Positions 58,531 through 64,000 of a DNA stretch of 64,000 bases are shown here, in pieces (the stretch's first letter is position 1; each line of letters begins with the position of its first letter). Location of the stretch: the IMG/VR virus record IMGVR_UViG_3300021977_000001; one strand, written 5' to 3'. A model generated the notes under the pieces. That model did not search any database, was not told the origin of the DNA, and was given only the letters and a program-made list of their open reading frames with translations. The DNA comes from a virus. A program made the position numbers and the translations under genes.

Positions 58531-59349
58531 TTATTTAGTTTTGAAATTACCCATACCGTCATGACTTGCTGGGGTAAGGCTATCGAAAATGGTAGCTTCA
58601 ACGACGGTATCATCATCTACATGGTAAAACTCTTTAAACTGTCGAGATTTAACCACCTCACCATCTCTAACAGTAAGACGTACTCTGGCTGACGCGCTGA
58701 GTTGAATTAACGTCCCTGGACGAGCTAGACTGATTTCTATCATCCTTTCTTTAATATCAACCACGCCACTGTCTACGCCAATTTCTTCAATAGACCACGC
58801 ACTGCCTGCTTCACTTATAAACCAGTACGGATATTTATAGGACGTATTTTCACTTGACTCAGATTCTGTAGTGTCGTCTACTTTTATCTCATCGTTTACC
58901 TTTACCGTTACTTGATCTTTACCCATGCGCTCTTTAAGCGCCACCATGCGTCTGGTAGAAGACAAGTCTTTAGATTGTACTAGTTGTTTTAGATTCATAG
59001 CCACGTCCACTAGCGAGTTAAGTATACCCATGTAGTCTTTCAATAGATCTACACCATATGCCATAAGCTCAGAAAAGACCACATCGTCAATCGATATAGA
59101 TAGCGTAACTTCAACATCGTCTTTAACACGTAACATGTAAGCAATGTTGCTAAGGCTGTTAGCTACCTTTACGTCGACTGTGATACTCTCTTTAAGCATC
59201 TCTATAAGTAAATCGCCTTTCACTTTAGCGTGTTCTTCTGTATTGACTTTAGCTACTAAGGGTTTAAGTAACTCGATGGCCTGTGTTGCGTTTTCACGAT
59301 AAGCAGCTACTTCAACACGTGACAGGGTGAAGGTTTGTGTAATTTGCAT
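58531..59349 (-). CDS. hypothetical early protein
   Basis: 272 aa, first gene after the TATATTAC promoter at 59406. Confidence 0.65.
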   Translation of the reverse strand: MQITQTFTLSRVEVAAYRENATQAIELLKPLVAKVNTEEHAKVKGDLLIEMLKESITVDVKVANSLSNIAYMLRVKDDVEVTLSISIDDVVFSELMAYGVDLLKDYMGILNSLVDVAMNLKQLVQSKDLSSTRRMVALKERMGKDQVTVKVNDEIKVDDTTESESSENTSYKYPYWFISEAGSAWSIEEIGVDSGVVDIKERMIEISLARPGTLIQLSASARVRLTVRDGEVVKSRQFKEFYHVDDDTVVEATIFDSLTPASHDGMGNFKTK

Positions 59350-59405
59350 GATGTTATACCTTTTAAAGTTTAAAGAATGTTACCTTATTGTAATCATTCA
59401 CTACA

Positions 59406-59417
59406 GTAATATAGAGG
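59406..59417 (-). promoter_or_regulatory. phiKZ-type early promoter CCTC-TATATTAC
   Basis: Exact motif 56 nt upstream of 59349, just after a terminator. Confidence 0.7.
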
Positions 59418-59432
59418 TATAATGTTGTCGAA

Positions 59433-59462
59433 ACGGCATAAAGTGGGCAGGTTGCCCTGCCC
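59433..59462 (-). terminator. hairpin + TTATGCCGT
   Basis: gggcagg-ttgc-cctgccc after dcd. Confidence 0.72.
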
Positions 59463-59479
59463 TTGCTAATAGTAGCAGC

Positions 59480-60097
59480 CTATAGCTTGCTGCCGGTAAT
59501 ACCTGTCTGACCCTGATACTTACCCCCTCTATCACCATAGGTAACGTTAGGGCGTTGTTTAGAGGCCTTAAACTCTATCTGTGCAATACCTACTCCAGCA
59601 TAGATCCGCATCGGTAGATTAGTGCAGTTAGTGATCTCTACTACTAAGTGACCTTCCCAACCCGCTTCCAGAGGCGTGATCAGGCTAAACATCCCTAACC
59701 TGGCCCAAGTGCTTTTATTAGAACACGTGGCCATTACGTTGTCTGGTATATGGAAGTATTCTACTGTACGCGATAGTAGCAATCCACCAGGCGGTAGGAT
59801 GACGCTATCGGCCTTTACCTCTTCAACAAACTCACGTTCATCAAAGTTCATGATATCAATGATACGTCCGTCGTTAGGTTTACTAAAGAGTTTAAACTCA
59901 GGCGCTAAACGGATATCGTACCCAAAACTACTAAGTCCATAGCTAGGTATGCGTTGGCCTTTATCGTTAGTATTAATGCTTTTACTAATAAAGGGTTCAA
60001 TCATGGGTTGTTGATGATTGTTAATCATTACGCCATCTAGATTAATTTGACATAAGTCGGTACATAACGCTTCTATTGCAAAGTCAGGTATTAACAT
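59480..60097 (-). CDS. dcd: dCTP deaminase
   Basis: SYGLSSFGYDIRL, TVEYFHIP, KSTWARLG, LEAGWEGHLVVEITN, GIAQ, Y....GKYQGQ.G. Confidence 0.92.
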   Translation of the reverse strand: MLIPDFAIEALCTDLCQINLDGVMINNHQQPMIEPFISKSINTNDKGQRIPSYGLSSFGYDIRLAPEFKLFSKPNDGRIIDIMNFDEREFVEEVKADSVILPPGGLLLSRTVEYFHIPDNVMATCSNKSTWARLGMFSLITPLEAGWEGHLVVEITNCTNLPMRIYAGVGIAQIEFKASKQRPNVTYGDRGGKYQGQTGITGSKL

Positions 60098-60522
60098 GCG
60101 TTATCTCCATTTACCATCCCCACACATTCTAGCTTAAGCATGATGCTAAACGGGTCGATGCCAGTCTCAAATTTAGTATGCTTAGGTGGAGCGTGTATAT
60201 CCATGTGGTCTACCCAGTCCTGATAGTCCTTTAACGCGCTCTGTACAAGCATGTTAAGTTCTTTATCAATGACGGCTATCTCATCAGACATAGCGGTAAT
60301 GGCGCGCTCTGCATGCCAGGCAGCGCCTTCTACAGATGGTTTCTCTTCAAACCTTAAGCTAGTAAGGTACTGTGTTATACCTGAACGTAGGTTATCGGTA
60401 CCAACAAACTCACATTTCATTTCTTGCGTGATAGCGTGACCTGGAACGTCAACATCAAAATAAACATTGTGTCCCATAACTTTAATTAGTATTTGAAAAA
60501 CTGGCGTTGTCATTAATAGCAT
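60091..60522 (-). CDS. hypothetical protein
   Basis: 143 aa, overlaps dcd start. Confidence 0.55.
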   Translation of the reverse strand: MLLMTTPVFQILIKVMGHNVYFDVDVPGHAITQEMKCEFVGTDNLRSGITQYLTSLRFEEKPSVEGAAWHAERAITAMSDEIAVIDKELNMLVQSALKDYQDWVDHMDIHAPPKHTKFETGIDPFSIMLKLECVGMVNGDNAC

Positions 60523-60578
60523 CCTTTAATAATAGATCTTTGGGCTTGTAGGATTAATGATCTATGTAAATAAAGAAA

Positions 60579-60614
60579 GACGGCATAAGGGATGCAAGGT
60601 TACCCCCACATCCC
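60579..60614 (-). terminator. hairpin + TTATGCCGTC
   Basis: gggatg...catccc interrupted stem. Confidence 0.65.
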
Positions 60615-60619
60615 AATAG

Positions 60620-60820
60620 TTAACTTAATCCTACAGTAAGGTCAAAGAACTCGTCTTTAGCCGACACTATTACCTGGTCACCATCTACAGTATACCCGTT
60701 AAATAGCTGATTCTCTACCATCAATAATACTTTAACGCTTGAAAACTTACGTACTTGTTTTCCATCCTTGCTTTTTACTATTGCGGGTAGATCGTTGTAA
60801 TTCTCAATACCTTCAAACAT
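60620..60820 (-). CDS. hypothetical protein
   Basis: 66 aa with GGAA RBS, ends at a hairpin. Confidence 0.55.
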   Translation of the reverse strand: MFEGIENYNDLPAIVKSKDGKQVRKFSSVKVLLMVENQLFNGYTVDGDQVIVSAKDEFFDLTVGLS

Positions 60821-60846
60821 AGAGGATTCCTTACACTATTTATAAA

Positions 60847-61725
60847 CTACGACGCCATCTCAGCTGAGATAGGCGCGTGGTGATCATAACCAAAGACTTC
60901 AAAATCTTTATCGGTCATGTGATTAACCACATAATCCCAATCCGTTATACGATCACTTAACACGATTGTGGGTGGGTCATATGGATCGCGACTTAGTTGT
61001 TCAGTTACCTGCTCGAAATGATTATCGTAGATGTGGAAGTTATTATGGTCGTGTTTAACCCAACCTGGTTTATGACCAGTTATCTTAGCCATAACGGCTA
61101 AAAATACATAACACTGCATCATGTTCCAATTCATACCCAAAAATCCATCTGTGGATCTTTGTGTGGATGTCATATGGAGCGTATCACCTAACAATGTAAA
61201 AGTATGGCTATACATGCATGGTCTTAATGCCCCTAGTTCAAATAGACCTGGGTTCCAAAAGGTAACAATCTCACCACGATCATCGATACCAGCTTTAAGG
61301 TTAGTATAGACCTTTTTAAATAGATCCATCGTGTAACCGTCATGGGTTGGCCAGTTCTTAGCAACACCACCATACACCACACCAATATCATCTGTACCTT
61401 TACGGTGCGGATTATCTAACCACGCACGTGTTTCGTTAGCGTTAATGTCCCAGCTATCTGTCCCTAGGTCTCTAAACTGCGCCGCGCTATTAAACCCACG
61501 GAAATAACCACAGAGTTCTCTTATAGCTTTACGCCAATAGCTTTTACGCGTGGTCACTAGTGGAAACTCACCACCCCCTACATTGTAATATAGCACAGCG
61601 CCTGTTACCGTACGACAAACCTTACCGGTGCGGTCATTATGTATATCATAACCATGTTTCATGGTGTGTCTTAGTAGATCTAGATACTGTACTTCTGCAG
61701 TAGGTAGATGCTTTGGTATAATCAT
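60847..61725 (-). CDS. thyA: thymidylate synthase (Vibrio/Pasteurellaceae-type ThyA)
   Basis: RTG, FPLVTTRK, WNPG, LRPCMY (catalytic Cys), QRSTD..LG..N, HIY. Confidence 0.95.
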   Translation of the reverse strand: MIIPKHLPTAEVQYLDLLRHTMKHGYDIHNDRTGKVCRTVTGAVLYYNVGGGEFPLVTTRKSYWRKAIRELCGYFRGFNSAAQFRDLGTDSWDINANETRAWLDNPHRKGTDDIGVVYGGVAKNWPTHDGYTMDLFKKVYTNLKAGIDDRGEIVTFWNPGLFELGALRPCMYSHTFTLLGDTLHMTSTQRSTDGFLGMNWNMMQCYVFLAVMAKITGHKPGWVKHDHNNFHIYDNHFEQVTEQLSRDPYDPPTIVLSDRITDWDYVVNHMTDKDFEVFGYDHHAPISAEMAS

Positions 61726-62213
61726 TACATGTCTCCCATATCGTTAAAATAGTCACGTAGCTCCATCAACAACTTGCCTAAATGGTTTTCTCCTTTCCCA
61801 TCTCGATTAGATACACCCCAATACTTATCTCCATGCCAGTTACCTTCAACCAATGCCGCGTTACCCGTTGCTATTAACTTACGTTTAAGGTCTAAGTTGA
61901 GGTTAAATTTAAGCAGCAATATTTCCCACATCAGCGGTAGTTTAATAGCGTCCCAATCATCTCGCAGCTTAAGCTTCCTACCATGTATTTTAGCCTGGCC
62001 TGGATAAGGTAGGGTGGTGATAAAGGCCCGTTCTTTTACATCAGTGGTTTTAGCCGCCACGTAGGCGTGCTCGGCAGTGCTAAAGCTATACGTCTGAAGC
62101 TGTTTGCCTGGAAATACCGCAGTATAAGGAATAGGGTTAGTTAGTGGATAGAAGTTACTTAAAAACGCATAGTCGTCTTTAAATCTATCTATTCTATTCT
62201 CCTGAAATAACAT
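61725..62213 (-). CDS. NADAR (YbiA-like) protein
   Basis: FLSNFYP, AEHAYVAAK, AKIHGRK..LR.DW, KF..N..L...L..TG...LVEGN..D.YWG...G.N.LG.LLMELR. Confidence 0.9.
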   Translation of the reverse strand: MLFQENRIDRFKDDYAFLSNFYPLTNPIPYTAVFPGKQLQTYSFSTAEHAYVAAKTTDVKERAFITTLPYPGQAKIHGRKLKLRDDWDAIKLPLMWEILLLKFNLNLDLKRKLIATGNAALVEGNWHGDKYWGVSNRDGKGENHLGKLLMELRDYFNDMGDM

Positions 62214-62223
62214 AGCAATATCC

Positions 62224-62661
62224 TTATTTAAATATTACATTCGGCAGAGGTCTGGCTGCTAGGCGCGTGGTCTCATCGATAATGAATTTATCATTAGGCT
62301 TTCCGCGATTAACGCTATCGTTATAACGTATCACGTGAAGGCTACGTCGCATGCGATAGGCGCGCCTAAGCGCAGGATTGAACACGTCATTGTTCCATTC
62401 CAGATACGTAGTATTGGTTCCTTCTAATTCACGCATATCCACCACCACAGGTGTGAGTTTATAATACAGTCTCTGTAGTAGCAATGTGATAATGTAGACG
62501 ATTAATAAACTTAAAATAAACATTCCCATGTAAAAGGCAATTCTCTTTATTATAATTAGGTTATAGTATTTAAACAGGGTGTTAAATGCGACGTTGATGA
62601 CAAAAAAGAAACAATAATCAAAGAGCAGCGCTAACCGCATGCTTGATCTTGTTTCTCTCAT
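62224..62661 (-). CDS. membrane protein
   Basis: Two hydrophobic N-terminal segments. Confidence 0.5.
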   Translation of the reverse strand: MRETRSSMRLALLFDYCFFFVINVAFNTLFKYYNLIIIKRIAFYMGMFILSLLIVYIITLLLQRLYYKLTPVVVDMRELEGTNTTYLEWNNDVFNPALRRAYRMRRSLHVIRYNDSVNRGKPNDKFIIDETTRLAARPLPNVIFK

Positions 62662-62663
62662 TA

Positions 62664-62873
62664 TTATTCACTGGCCGTTATACTCTCTGCAATGGTTGAG
62701 AACAATACCCCCGCTTTACGTTTTGCTTGAATATTGTATTTGAACGTATCGCCTTTAATAGATAGTTCAGCAGTGTAGTCATAATGACCTGCCTCTATTA
62801 AATCAGCAAGGCTGCGTAACCGAGCAACAACGTCAAGCTCATCGTCGGTTACATTAATGGTTGAATCGGTCAT
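62664..62873 (-). CDS. hypothetical protein
   Basis: 69 aa with GGGTG RBS. Confidence 0.5.
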   Translation of the reverse strand: MTDSTINVTDDELDVVARLRSLADLIEAGHYDYTAELSIKGDTFKYNIQAKRKAGVLFSTIAESITASE

Positions 62874-62891
62874 ATTTGATCACCCTACTAA

Positions 62892-62920
62892 GGCATAAAG
62901 GGAGGACCGAAGCCCTCCCC
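62892..62920 (-). terminator. C(UUCG)G hairpin + TTATGCC
   Basis: Minus strand gggagggc-ttcg-gtcctccc then TTTATGCC, after endA. Confidence 0.72.
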
Positions 62921-62932
62921 TTACTATGTTTA

Positions 62933-63706
62933 TTATTCGCAAACGCCTACGTAATGGTTACCACTGCCCTGCTTATCACAGATACGCTGGTTACGTAAAC
63001 GTTCATCATCTCCAATAGGATCTTTTAAATCCCAGTAGTATAGATGCATAAGTTCGTCGTTGGTAATATCTATACCTAGAGGAACGGCGTATGCGTCTAG
63101 CATGTATAAATAGATACGCGCTACGTCACCGCGTTTAATATCACGTATCTCTACAGCCTCTGAGGTAACCTCTACGTCGCATCTTCCAAAGTCCCTCGCC
63201 TCACCTATGATGTTAGCAAAGGGTTTATCAGAACGTAGATTGTTAAGCTCACCTATAGCAGGTACAACGTTAACAAGATCATTCTGCGCACGCTCGTAGA
63301 CCAGATTCGTTTTCTCACAGCACGCACGTGATGACATCAGGTCACCATCCGACTCGTAGCACTCTGATATCTCTTCACGACCCTCACCCCAACACTGTAG
63401 CGCTCCACCTATCTTTGAAGCAGGCATGACGTGTTCGCCTTCTACGCGATTAGCACGTGTAGACGTTGCACTTATAGGCTGATAGTCGCAGTCGGAATAA
63501 TCTACTTGCTTATCTTCTGTAAACCCACATCCACAGTAAAACGTCTGGTTTAACGGACTAGCATGTACATCTTCAATCATCCAGCGGGTTGTAGTTGAAA
63601 ATGACTTAGGAATGTCTTTAGCATAGCCGGTACTTGCAGACATGATAATACCAATAGCAATAACTGCTAGTAGTATGGTGAATAGTCCTACTGATTTTTG
63701 TTTCAT
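62933..63706 (-). CDS. endA: secreted endonuclease I (EndA/Vvn/Dns family)
   Basis: Start reassigned to 63706 (AAGGA RBS, ATGA overlap); signal peptide; FYCGC, RVEGEHVMPAS, ND..N..P.IGELN..RS, RGDVARIYLYM, E..RN..I...QG..N; many Cys. Confidence 0.9.
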   Translation of the reverse strand: MKQKSVGLFTILLAVIAIGIIMSASTGYAKDIPKSFSTTTRWMIEDVHASPLNQTFYCGCGFTEDKQVDYSDCDYQPISATSTRANRVEGEHVMPASKIGGALQCWGEGREEISECYESDGDLMSSRACCEKTNLVYERAQNDLVNVVPAIGELNNLRSDKPFANIIGEARDFGRCDVEVTSEAVEIRDIKRGDVARIYLYMLDAYAVPLGIDITNDELMHLYYWDLKDPIGDDERLRNQRICDKQGSGNHYVGVCE

Positions 63707-64000
63707 TTTATTATATCCTTTAAAAGGGGTGAGCGTTTTAATAGTTCTTTGTATAATGCAGCAAACTTCGTTGCACGTTCCGCACAAGCCTTCAGTAAAG
63801 CGGACGATGGCTTACCTGTACAGACGTGTCGTTCGAGTATGAGGATGTTACCCAGTATTAATATATGGCGCAAATACCAATCTAATACCCTATCCTGCAG
63901 CATCACGTTGAAGTTAATAACTGACTTCCTATTCCTAGCAAAGATACCACGACCTATTTTAACGGTGGGGATGCTATCTGGTAGCATTACAATCTCATTA
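63703..64000 (-). CDS. hypothetical protein, 5' end outside window
   Basis: Frame open to the window edge; stop overlaps the endA ATG (ATGA). Confidence 0.55.
   Translation of the reverse strand, partial: NEIVMLPDSIPTVKIGRGIFARNRKSVINFNVMLQDRVLDWYLRHILILGNILILERHVCTGKPSSALLKACAERATKFAALYKELLKRSPLLKDIIK

Noticed and set aside
59480-61725. Modified-base or uracil-DNA pathway (dcd + thyA-like gene)
   Set aside because: ThyA keeps the catalytic Cys and the dUMP-specifying Asn and closely resembles Vibrio-type ThyA; dUTPase, DHFR and TMK are present; no glycosyltransferase or hydroxymethylase seen
1-64000. CRISPR array, tRNA/rRNA genes, introns/inteins, stop-codon reassignment
   Set aside because: No regularly spaced repeats or cloverleafs were seen; core genes (capsid, portal, nvRNAP subunit, DnaB, SbcC) are uninterrupted and of expected length in the standard code

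Overview
64 kb of a phiKZ-like (Chimalliviridae-type, nucleus-forming) jumbo myophage. The host is probably a marine gammaproteobacterium (inference from Vibrio-type ThyA, EndA and HDOD genes). The assignment rests on a ~720-aa major capsid protein, an ~885-aa portal, a non-virion RNA polymerase beta-type subunit, a phiKZ-type DnaB, RNase H, SbcC, RuvC and UvsX/RecA (partial, absent from the ORF track), and TATATTAC early-promoter motifs. The window also holds a large tail/tail-fibre locus (10.8-28.8 kb) with three tandem ~950-aa paralogues and an inserted early HNH plus ankyrin-like cassette, a holin/spanin cassette plus a second spanin-like pair, a complete dCTP-to-dTDP pathway, an operon with two HDOD proteins, a NADAR and a secreted endonuclease I. 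The strongest unexplained signal is non-coding: 16 gene-end hairpins are followed by a conserved (T/C)TATGC(CG) motif instead of a U-tract. No tRNA, rRNA, CRISPR array or reverse transcriptase was seen. All family calls come from motif recognition and recalled phiKZ synteny; no database searches were run.
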